Assembly: GCA_964540055.1 (NCBI GenBank)
Contig: CAZILC010000002.1
Location: forward strand, 5,663 to 69,662
Reading direction: 5' to 3'
From: an uncultured Gammaproteobacteria bacterium
Lineage (GTDB): Bacteria; Patescibacteriota; Microgenomatia; Levybacterales; UBA12049
DNA length: 64,000 bases
Positions 56,246 to 64,000 of this stretch are shown one piece after another. The position numbers and the translations under genes were made by a program. Numbering within the stretch: the stretch's first letter is position 1; every line of letters starts with the position of its first letter. A model generated the notes under the pieces. That model ran no database searches and was not told the DNA's origin. It saw nothing but the letters and a program-made list of their open reading frames with translations.

Positions 56246-58477
56246 ATGAAAGTACAAACAAAAGATAAAAAAGTATTAGTATACAATAACAATAAGTTAA
56301 GTCCTTCACTCAAGGAAGTACTCTCTTTTCCTCAAATGCAAGACGCGGCTCCCGAACCAATTCTAATAACCGATGATAAAGGACTCATCTATTATGTTAA
56401 TCCTGCATGGACAAAATTAACTGGCTATTCGTTTACTGAAGCGGTTGGAAAAAATCCAAAATTTCTGCAAAGTGGAAAAACTAAAAAAAGCGTTTATAAA
56501 AAACTTTGGAAAACATTATCGGAAGGCAAATCGTTTAGTACTGATGAAATAAGAAACAAACGACAAGACGGTACTGAATTTCAAATTCATGCAACATATT
56601 TTCCTATCAAAAAAAATAATAATAATATCTTCTATGTGCAAATGATGTACGACATTACTGAACGGAGTGCTTATATTAAATCACTTTTTGAAAAGGAGGA
56701 AATTCTGGATCGAATTATCAATAACACCTCTCGATATGCCATCTTTATGGTAAGTAAAAAAGGGTTTATAAAAACTTGGAACTCGGGAGCAGAAAAAGTA
56801 ACAGGTTATAAAAGTGATGAAATAATCGGAAAACATATTGCAATTTTTTACACGCAAGATGATCTTAAAAATAACAAACCTCAAAAAATTTTAAATATTG
56901 CTGCAGTAAAAGGAAAATATGAAGAAGAAGGATTGCGAATAAAAAAAGATGGTTCGTTATATTGGGCACATGTTGTAATTACACCCATACTAAACAAAAA
57001 AGGCTTTGTAAGAGGCTTTGTAAAAATCACAAATGATATCACTGAAAACGTGCAACATCGAAAGGACTTAGAAGAAAAAGAAAAAAAATATCGTTTTTTA
57101 ATGGAGCAAGCCTCCGACGGAATTATTATTCATAATATGAATAGAAACATAGTTGATGCCAATATTCGAGCCTGCGAAATGTTTGGTTATTCCCATGCAG
57201 AGTTAACATGTATGCATGCGAGTGAACTAATTAAAAACGAAGATACTACCGTAACTGAACATGCATATAAAAAAGTTATTTCCGGACTTCCTGTGATTAT
57301 GGAACGTGAAGTTCAACGAAAAGATGGTACAGCATTTCATATCGAGTTTAGCTCTAAAAGAATTGAAGGAGGTCTTGTCCAATCCATAATCAGAGATATA
57401 ACCGCACGTAAAAAAGTTGAAAATATGCTACGGTTCCGCGGTCAAATATTACATCATTTAGCAGAAGGCGTTTGCATAATTAAACTGAGTGATCGAAAAA
57501 TTATTCTTACCAATCCCGCATTTGATAAAATGTTAGGTTATAAAGAAAATGAACTTACCGGAAAAGAAGTTTCATGTATAAATGACAATCAAAAAATATG
57601 GCCAAAAAAAATGATAAATTCAATTTCTAAAACAATACAAAAGAATCATGCATGGTCGGGAGAAATTTTCAATATAAAAAAGGATGGCACAAGGGTATTA
57701 TCTTGGGTAACACTTTCTTCCGTTACTTACCCAAATATCGGAGAATGTTGGATTGGTGTACATCAGGATATTACAGAAAAAAAAGAATTAGATAGACAAA
57801 AAGATGCGTTTATCGGAATAGCCTCTCATGAATTAAAAACACCTATCACTACTCTTTCTGCCTATACACAACTTTTAGAATCAAGAATCAAACACAAAGG
57901 TGATACCAAAGATGCTTATCTTCTCCAAAATATTTTATCGCAAACCAATAGGATAACTGCTCTTGTCGACGATTTATTACATGTCAGTAGAATCCAATCA
58001 GGAAAGCTGGAACTAACGCTCAAAAAAATTGACCTCAACGAGTTAATAAGAAAAACAATTATAGATTTTCAATACATTAATGCTTCCCATGAAATCATAG
58101 AAAAAGGTAGTATACAAGCAAAAGTTTTGGCTGATGAGAATAGAATACGGCAAGTACTGATAAATTTTCTTACCAATGCTATAAAATATTCTCCGAAAGC
58201 CGATAAGATTATTATTCATCTCACCTCTGAAAAAAATAATGCATTAATTGGGGTCCAAGATTTTGGCTTGGGAATTACTAAAGAAGACATACCTCATCTA
58301 TTTACCAGATTTTATAGAAGCAAAGAAAAATCTGAAAGGAATGTTTCAGGTTTTGGATTGGGTTTATATATTTCAAGTGAAATTATAAAAAAACACAGAG
58401 GGAAAATTTGGGTGGAAAGTGAGGAAGGAAAGGGCAGCACTTTTTATTTTTCTCTTCCACTAAATGCTAAAAATTAA
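56246..58477 (+). CDS. multi-PAS sensor histidine kinase (cytoplasmic, orphan)
   Basis: About four PAS-like repeats, the H-box 'ASHELKTPIT', the N-box 'LTNAIKYS' and the G-box 'GFGLGLYIS'. No TM segment. The ATG at 56246 is preferred over the GTG at 56228. Confidence 0.9.
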   Translation: MKVQTKDKKVLVYNNNKLSPSLKEVLSFPQMQDAAPEPILITDDKGLIYYVNPAWTKLTGYSFTEAVGKNPKFLQSGKTKKSVYKKLWKTLSEGKSFSTDEIRNKRQDGTEFQIHATYFPIKKNNNNIFYVQMMYDITERSAYIKSLFEKEEILDRIINNTSRYAIFMVSKKGFIKTWNSGAEKVTGYKSDEIIGKHIAIFYTQDDLKNNKPQKILNIAAVKGKYEEEGLRIKKDGSLYWAHVVITPILNKKGFVRGFVKITNDITENVQHRKDLEEKEKKYRFLMEQASDGIIIHNMNRNIVDANIRACEMFGYSHAELTCMHASELIKNEDTTVTEHAYKKVISGLPVIMEREVQRKDGTAFHIEFSSKRIEGGLVQSIIRDITARKKVENMLRFRGQILHHLAEGVCIIKLSDRKIILTNPAFDKMLGYKENELTGKEVSCINDNQKIWPKKMINSISKTIQKNHAWSGEIFNIKKDGTRVLSWVTLSSVTYPNIGECWIGVHQDITEKKELDRQKDAFIGIASHELKTPITTLSAYTQLLESRIKHKGDTKDAYLLQNILSQTNRITALVDDLLHVSRIQSGKLELTLKKIDLNELIRKTIIDFQYINASHEIIEKGSIQAKVLADENRIRQVLINFLTNAIKYSPKADKIIIHLTSEKNNALIGVQDFGLGITKEDIPHLFTRFYRSKEKSERNVSGFGLGLYISSEIIKKHRGKIWVESEEGKGSTFYFSLPLNAKN

Positions 58478-58553
58478 TCCTCTCAGCATCTCTTCGAAGC
58501 TATTTACGCACCTCCATTGACTACGATGTAAAAACTTGCGATTATAGATAGAG

Positions 58554-59927
58554 ATGAAGAATTCACAAAAGAAAAAAAAGGGAAATGATAATTCATTGGC
58601 CATTACACTTGGAATAATTTTTGCGCTTATAATTCTTCCAATAACTGTTGTTGTGCTGCAACATCAGCAACAAACTACGCAACTAGCAGCTAGTACTCAA
58701 CCACAGCCATCAGGCCCTACCGGCTCCTGGAATCTAGTTTGGGATGATGAATTTAATGATGCCCCCGGAATGTCAGGACCTACAAACGGACTGGAAAAAA
58801 GTAAATGGAATTCCGGTTGGCAAAGCGGACCCGCTACTCCTGGAAATGGTGACACAACAGCAATTACAGCTCCAGTCCAATCACAGGAATCAGAATATTA
58901 TGGACCTGCAGGTATTATTTTCCCCAGTGACAATAGTGTGCATTTACGCTTACAGAAAGGCATTGATAATGGCGGCTCCTATGGTGGGAAATCGATCGAA
59001 TCCGGCATGATTAGTACTGCCGGGCTTATGGCATTAAATCCCGCAAATGTATCTGTCTCATCATCTTTGCAGCCATATACCATAAATGGGACCTCAATTG
59101 TAGAAATCCGGGCACGAATTCCCGGACCCAATGCAGATGCGGGAGAATACTGGCCTGGTTGGTGGATGACCAATGCAGGGAATTATAGTAATGGTTCCTC
59201 ATGGCCGGGCGGTACAAAATATTCAGAGGAAATTGATCTTGCTGAATGGTATGAAACCGGCTCACTCGGCTCAAACGGAAAATTTCATTATCATGCCAAC
59301 TCTGAGTATGGTGGCATGTCAAGTTTACCTGGTTCAATGCAAAATACAGATGTTTCACTTGCCTATCATACCTATACATATGAATTTAACCCTACTCAAA
59401 CGTTATTGTGGGTAGATGGTATGCCAGTAACAGGGGTCAGCCCAACTACAGCACAGACGCAGGCACAATGGAAATATCCTCAATATCTTATGCTCACATT
59501 TCAAGCATATGCAAATCCCAAATATCCAAGCTCTGCCACCGGACAGCCCAGTGATATGATGATTGATTATGTTCGTGTATTTCAACAATGTTCATCTTCC
59601 TGTTCACCAACAGTTTCAGTTCCTTCAGGCACTGTACCGAATCCAACTTTTGGCACAATTGGTGATTGTAATTCAAATAACACTTGTCCAACAAATACTC
59701 CAACTAACGCACAAACAACACAGACACCCACTATCTCAATAACTACATCTCCTGCGGTATCAACTATTCCTTCCTTAGAACCAAGTGCGACACTAAGTAC
59801 CTTCCCAACACTTGCTCCTATAAATAATCCAGGCAAGGGAAATGGTAATTTCCTCAATCTCTTCCTACAATTCTTGATCCAACTTCTTCAACTTCTTTCG
59901 CAACTTTTCGGCACTCCTAAAAAGTAA
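58554..59927 (+). CDS. secreted GH16-family glycoside hydrolase with a T/P-rich tail
   Basis: An N-terminal TM or signal segment, 'WNLVWDDEFN' and the catalytic 'EEIDLAEW' (ExDxxE). Confidence 0.78.
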   Translation: MKNSQKKKKGNDNSLAITLGIIFALIILPITVVVLQHQQQTTQLAASTQPQPSGPTGSWNLVWDDEFNDAPGMSGPTNGLEKSKWNSGWQSGPATPGNGDTTAITAPVQSQESEYYGPAGIIFPSDNSVHLRLQKGIDNGGSYGGKSIESGMISTAGLMALNPANVSVSSSLQPYTINGTSIVEIRARIPGPNADAGEYWPGWWMTNAGNYSNGSSWPGGTKYSEEIDLAEWYETGSLGSNGKFHYHANSEYGGMSSLPGSMQNTDVSLAYHTYTYEFNPTQTLLWVDGMPVTGVSPTTAQTQAQWKYPQYLMLTFQAYANPKYPSSATGQPSDMMIDYVRVFQQCSSSCSPTVSVPSGTVPNPTFGTIGDCNSNNTCPTNTPTNAQTTQTPTISITTSPAVSTIPSLEPSATLSTFPTLAPINNPGKGNGNFLNLFLQFLIQLLQLLSQLFGTPKK

Positions 59928-59998
59928 ATTGTAGCGCATAGTTTACTTACGAATGTAGACTTTGTTGTATGGGTTATTTACAATAAATTAGGGAAGAA

Positions 59999-60949
59999 AT
60001 GCTAGCAGCAAATAATTTTGAACAAGATAGTACTACGTTGAAGCAAGGGAGTAACAAAGGGAAATTATTACTATTGTGTATATTTGTCGTAATAATTTTT
60101 TTTCTTTTTATTACCTACCTACTTCCCACTAACACAAAAAGCAAAAAGAATCTCCAATCGATAAAAACTGCAAACCAAGAATCCACCAGTTCTGTTAGTA
60201 CTACCACCTACTTAGAAACAAGCGATGCAGTCGAAAAAATAGGAAATGAAACAATATATAAAGAAGAATTAAATTCCGAATATGCTGCTTATCCTACTTC
60301 TCAAAGTAAAGCAATTACTAAGCAACTTCTTGCAAAAATTGCACGGGATTCTATAATCCTTCAAGCGGGTAATGCAGAAAAGATAATTAAATTAGATTCA
60401 AGTGTATTCAATTCACCCAATGTTGAATATAAAAAACGCATTCAGCTGGTTAATACTGTCGAAAAAACAATTTCAGCAAAAACAAATACGATTTCAGGCA
60501 GCTTTATAGCAATATGGTTCGATAATACCTCTCCCGGACCAGCCGGATATACGAAGGGCAAACAAATTGCATTTGCCGCAATATCACCCCTGTATAACCA
60601 GGTTAAAAATAAAAAAATTACAATGGATCAAGCAGCACAAGCTATTAAAAATAATGCACAATTGGCACAAGCTGATCCACAATATAAAGCCAATGCAATT
60701 TCCCAATTTTCTGCAGGCCCATCAGATAAGATAACCTTTAATCCGACTTTTGATGCTATGATACGGTCACTTACACCTGGCCACATAACGCAGCTGTATC
60801 TTGGAAAAGATACTGATGCAAGCGGTAAAACATTGGATGCTGTATATATGTTTGCTCAAGTTATTAAGAAATCAACTACTGGTCAAAATGAAAATTTCGA
60901 TCAATGGTATAACCAACAAAAACAACAGTATGAGATTACAATTTATTAA
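59999..60949 (+). CDS. membrane-anchored protein, possibly a degenerate PrsA/SurA-like parvulin PPIase
   Basis: 316 aa with one TM segment. There is only a loose parvulin-like pattern ('ISGSFIAIWF ... FDAMIRSLTPGHITQLYLG'). Confidence 0.4.
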   Translation: MLAANNFEQDSTTLKQGSNKGKLLLLCIFVVIIFFLFITYLLPTNTKSKKNLQSIKTANQESTSSVSTTTYLETSDAVEKIGNETIYKEELNSEYAAYPTSQSKAITKQLLAKIARDSIILQAGNAEKIIKLDSSVFNSPNVEYKKRIQLVNTVEKTISAKTNTISGSFIAIWFDNTSPGPAGYTKGKQIAFAAISPLYNQVKNKKITMDQAAQAIKNNAQLAQADPQYKANAISQFSAGPSDKITFNPTFDAMIRSLTPGHITQLYLGKDTDASGKTLDAVYMFAQVIKKSTTGQNENFDQWYNQQKQQYEITIY

Positions 60950-61727
60950 ACCAGTTTTACTTTTTTCTGTTTTTTCACTGTTTTATTTTCTACCTGTGAC
61001 AAAAGCCGAAGCTCATGCTCCGAATGTAACAGGCCAAGTGCTCACTGCAGATACTAATGCACCAGTAGCAGGAGTATGGGTGAAATGGACAGATGAGTGG
61101 GATCAATACAGAATTGCACAAACTGATGCGAATGGTGTTTTCTTTTTTGGAAGTCTTGGGGATTTGGATACGACACAGATTCAAAACCTTGAGAATACCT
61201 ATGTAGATGCAACAAATGATGGAAAAAATGATACCCCTTTATTGTCTGATATAGACCAGGCAGATGTTGCAAGTCACTTTTCCTGCGGAGATAATCCTCA
61301 CACCTTTACTGTCATTCCTCAAAACGGAACAAATGGCGATTTTTCAACAATAAATGGTGTAATTTTAAATAATGGTAATGACACAGTAAAAATAGGAACA
61401 ATTATTTTTACTACATCAACATACTACATTTCTGGAAATGTTTTTACCGACACCAATAAAAATGGTCTCATAGATACTGGTGAAGTTAACTACCAAAATC
61501 CTTTTGCTCTTTCTATCAGTCCTAGCGGTGGTACCATAATTACGAAGAGTGATGGTTCATATACTATCAGCAATTTGCAGCCCGGAACATATACTATTAG
61601 TTATTCTTCATTACCTCCTGATTATTACATAACATCACCAATAAATGGACCCCCACCATCTTTTACCGTAACGGTGGGTACCGGCAATTGCAATACGAAT
61701 GGAGCACCAGGTGCATCATGTAAATGA
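60930..61727 (+). CDS. secreted protein with Cna-B/SdrD-type beta-sandwich repeats
   Basis: The start is moved to the Met at 60930, which gives the signal peptide 'MRLQFIKPVLLFSVFSLFYFLPVTKAEA'. Also 'ISGNVFTDTNKNGLIDTGE' and 'SDGSYTISNLQPGTYTI'. Confidence 0.6.
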   Translation: MRLQFIKPVLLFSVFSLFYFLPVTKAEAHAPNVTGQVLTADTNAPVAGVWVKWTDEWDQYRIAQTDANGVFFFGSLGDLDTTQIQNLENTYVDATNDGKNDTPLLSDIDQADVASHFSCGDNPHTFTVIPQNGTNGDFSTINGVILNNGNDTVKIGTIIFTTSTYYISGNVFTDTNKNGLIDTGEVNYQNPFALSISPSGGTIITKSDGSYTISNLQPGTYTISYSSLPPDYYITSPINGPPPSFTVTVGTGNCNTNGAPGASCK

Positions 61728-61741
61728 TTGCCTAAAACTGT

Positions 61742-63244
61742 ATGAAAAAAAAGTCTTTATTACTAACATTTTCTGTAATTTTACTTATAACGTTACAAAA
61801 TCCTCTATTTGTTAATGCATTTACCATTTCAGGTAAAATTACAGTTCAGGGGGATGGCAGTGCGGCAAATATTCCTATTACCGTCGGTGGTTCTTCAGGA
61901 ACAACTACGGATGTTAATGGCAATTATTCAGTTAGCAATCTTCCGGACGGAATATATAGTGTAGGTGTTGGTGAAGTTACTGATTTATATAATATAGTCT
62001 CAGGATCGGATCCAACTCTTATTACTCTTGGACCAGATGCTACCGTTGATTATACCTTAACCCCCAGTTTTACCTCGGCTACTGGTACTGTCTTTAATGA
62101 CAGCAGTAATAATAACGGCATTCAAGATGCTGGAGAAGCAGGTGTTCCAAATGTTCTGATTACTTATTCGCGTCCTTTTGTGCCAACTACCAGTACAACA
62201 ACTGATTTTAACGGACATTATTCTCTCTATGTTCTCAATGTCGGTTGCGGTGGCACGCTAAAGATCTCTACACCCGATGGCTTCACTAATACAACACCAA
62301 TTTCTGACAATTTGGATTGTAGTGGGATAGCCGGGTCAGGTCATAATTTTGGTATATCGACTACACAACCAAAACCTCCATCAAATAATGGAGGAAATAT
62401 TATCAATTTAAATTTTGGTATTTCAAATACTTTTCCCTGGATGCAAATAACTTGTGGAGATATACGCGATGACAATGGAATTACGGATTTATTACCTCAG
62501 AATATGCGAGCACTTATCACCGATTCAACATGTGATGCACCGGGAATTTCCTATACAGGAGACACAGATGGTAATTTTGGACATGGTCAAAATTCTTCTA
62601 CCAATCAAGGCTCAGGGGGATCCTCATATCCAGAAGTGTTCTCATTATTGCAACAGCTAAATACTTCGTATACCTCGCTTCTTTCCAAAGCTCAAAATGC
62701 CGATATTACTCCTATCGATTTAGCAACTGTATGTGTCTTATCAAATTGTTCGCTTCCGAATAATTTACCACACGGCCTTTATCTGGCAAATGGTGATGTC
62801 AATTTAAATACGGTTACTTTCCAAAACAATAATAATTATGTTTTCCTCATCAATGGAAATTTGGATATCAGAGGAGATATTACTATCCCAAACAATCCGA
62901 ACGCTTCTACAGCTTTGTTTAGTACTTCAAAAAACATCCTTGTTGATGCATCAGTCGGATCTGCCGCAAACATTGCAACAGAAAATCTTGACGGTTGGTT
63001 CATTGCAGGGCAGAATTTTATCGTTGGTTCACAAGGTACTTGTAATGATCTGAGACTTAATATCGGTGGTACTGTAGTAGTCAATGCTTTGGGTGGTGGT
63101 GGTGTTTTCCACAATAATCGGGATCTTTGCGGTAATGATCTCACCAATCCTACTATTTCTTTTACTCAGCGACTTGATATGATCCTTAATGCTCCACAAT
63201 TTTTAAAGAATGAACAGACTATTTCTCAAGAACTTGCACCTTAA
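61742..63244 (+). CDS. secreted protein with Cna-B/SdrD-type repeats and a C-terminal beta-helix-like region
   Basis: A signal peptide, 'ISGKITVQGDG...DVNGNYSVSNLPDGIYSV', 'GTVFNDSSNNNGIQDAGE' and a C-terminal G/N/I/V periodic region. Confidence 0.6.
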   Translation: MKKKSLLLTFSVILLITLQNPLFVNAFTISGKITVQGDGSAANIPITVGGSSGTTTDVNGNYSVSNLPDGIYSVGVGEVTDLYNIVSGSDPTLITLGPDATVDYTLTPSFTSATGTVFNDSSNNNGIQDAGEAGVPNVLITYSRPFVPTTSTTTDFNGHYSLYVLNVGCGGTLKISTPDGFTNTTPISDNLDCSGIAGSGHNFGISTTQPKPPSNNGGNIINLNFGISNTFPWMQITCGDIRDDNGITDLLPQNMRALITDSTCDAPGISYTGDTDGNFGHGQNSSTNQGSGGSSYPEVFSLLQQLNTSYTSLLSKAQNADITPIDLATVCVLSNCSLPNNLPHGLYLANGDVNLNTVTFQNNNNYVFLINGNLDIRGDITIPNNPNASTALFSTSKNILVDASVGSAANIATENLDGWFIAGQNFIVGSQGTCNDLRLNIGGTVVVNALGGGGVFHNNRDLCGNDLTNPTISFTQRLDMILNAPQFLKNEQTISQELAP

Positions 63245-63256
63245 AAAGAGTCATTA

Positions 63257-64000
63257 ATGTACTATCTTTCATTGAAAACGTTTATAAACCATAAAAAATA
63301 TTTTTCTATCTTTACTCTCCTCGGCGTAATTATTTACTTCCCCATTTTTTTAAATGGTTTTGTTTGGGATGATTTTCCTTTTATTATTGATAATTCTCAA
63401 ATACACCATTTTAATTTGTTCTCATTATTTAGTCCTAGCTTATTTAATAACGGTAATTTCTATCGTCCTATTCCGGCAGTATATTTTTCATTACTTTACT
63501 CACTTTTTGGAACACATGCATTTTTTTATCATTTTATACAATTGTCCCTTCATATTCTATGCGTCTCTATTTTTTTTATATATCTTTGCACTTTTTTTAG
63601 CAAAAATATTTCTTTTTTTATTGCACTTATTTTTCTAGTGAGTCCGATCAATGTTGAATCAGTGGCGTTTATTGGTGCAACACAAAGTGAACTATATTTC
63701 CTCCCAGGAATTATCTCTTTACTAATAGCACAAAAAAAAGATATTTCTAATAAAAGGTTTTTCTTAATTTTTGGATTGCTTTTTATATCAGCTCTAACAA
63801 AAGAAACAGGTATTCTTTTTTTTCTTCTAGTACTTTTATACCGTTATCTTTTTAAACTTGGCCGTATAAAAGATTTTCTCTATGGAAGTGTTGTAACTGC
63901 ACTGTGGTATATACTTTTTAGAGTTGTAGTAGGAAGTGTAAAATTTTCTATTGGACCTACTGCAACATCTACATGGTTACATGATTTTATCAATATCCCA
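63257..64000 (+). CDS. polytopic membrane glycosyltransferase-like protein (PMT/TMTC/ArnT-like), 5' partial
   Basis: I translated the open frame from the ATG at 63257 to the window edge by hand and found no stop (about 248 codons). It has multiple TM segments and 'FVWDDFPFIIDN', typical of GT-C / DUF1736-type proteins. It is absent from the ORF track because it has no stop in the window. Confidence 0.6.
   Translation, partial: MYYLSLKTFINHKKYFSIFTLLGVIIYFPIFLNGFVWDDFPFIIDNSQIHHFNLFSLFSPSLFNNGNFYRPIPAVYFSLLYSLFGTHAFFYHFIQLSLHILCVSIFFIYLCTFFSKNISFFIALIFLVSPINVESVAFIGATQSELYFLPGIISLLIAQKKDISNKRFFLIFGLLFISALTKETGILFFLLVLLYRYLFKLGRIKDFLYGSVVTALWYILFRVVVGSVKFSIGPTATSTWLHDFINIP

Noticed and set aside
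56246-58477. A two-component system operon
   Set aside because: No response regulator is encoded next to the PAS histidine kinase on either side (HAD hydrolase upstream, GH16 downstream). I report it only as an orphan kinase.
7859-60929. N-terminal extensions given by the longest-ORF track (7859, 13301, 15865, 16214, 17981, 22047, 27119, 31555, 40303, 44007, 52483, 56228, 60801)
   Set aside because: In each case an internal ATG coincides with the start of the conserved family N-terminus or a signal peptide. It also restores a tight or overlapping junction with the neighbouring gene. The extensions overlap upstream genes or promoters and have odd composition.

Overview
A compact, low-GC bacterial chromosome segment that uses the standard genetic code. 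TGA closes several well-supported genes and RF2 is present. About 64 protein-coding genes are packed tightly, with many 4-nt ATGA or TTAA overlaps. I found no rRNA, tRNA, CRISPR array, integrase or transposase. The gene content and the many membrane-anchored orphan genes suggest a reduced-genome lineage, possibly CPR/Patescibacteria-like, but that is inference only.

Blocks from left to right:
- 56-13247: a nucleotide-sugar and glycosyltransferase cluster (gmd, rmd-like, ugd, rfbD, nudix, rfbB, rfbC, four GT2 genes, a CAP-domain protein).
- 13296-15509: a three-gene orphan membrane-protein operon.
- 15506-17924: t6A genes (half-length tsaB, tsaC, tsaE), a cupin and a Cys-repeat protein.
- 19130-22517: FtsE-FtsX with a coiled-coil cysteine peptidase.
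- 23740-25690: a YhhQ / DHFR-like / CofE-like module.
- 25755-26762: prfB.
- 27950-43833: a complete 12-gene de novo purine operon with a PurF-PurN fusion, a PurS-PurL fusion and a leader terminator.
- 44031-47807: two tandem double-domain GH130 genes.
- 48544-52453: an inositol-phospholipid cluster containing an archaeal-type CarS homologue.
- 52524-64000: LysR, RecQ, HAD, a multi-PAS histidine kinase and a cell-surface cluster.

The best candidate for something new is the CarS / lipid kinase / PHP / CDP-alcohol transferase / MIPS cluster. The second is a dispersed set of eight family-less genes, each with its own promoter. All calls rest on reading the translations and the DNA by eye. No database search was possible.
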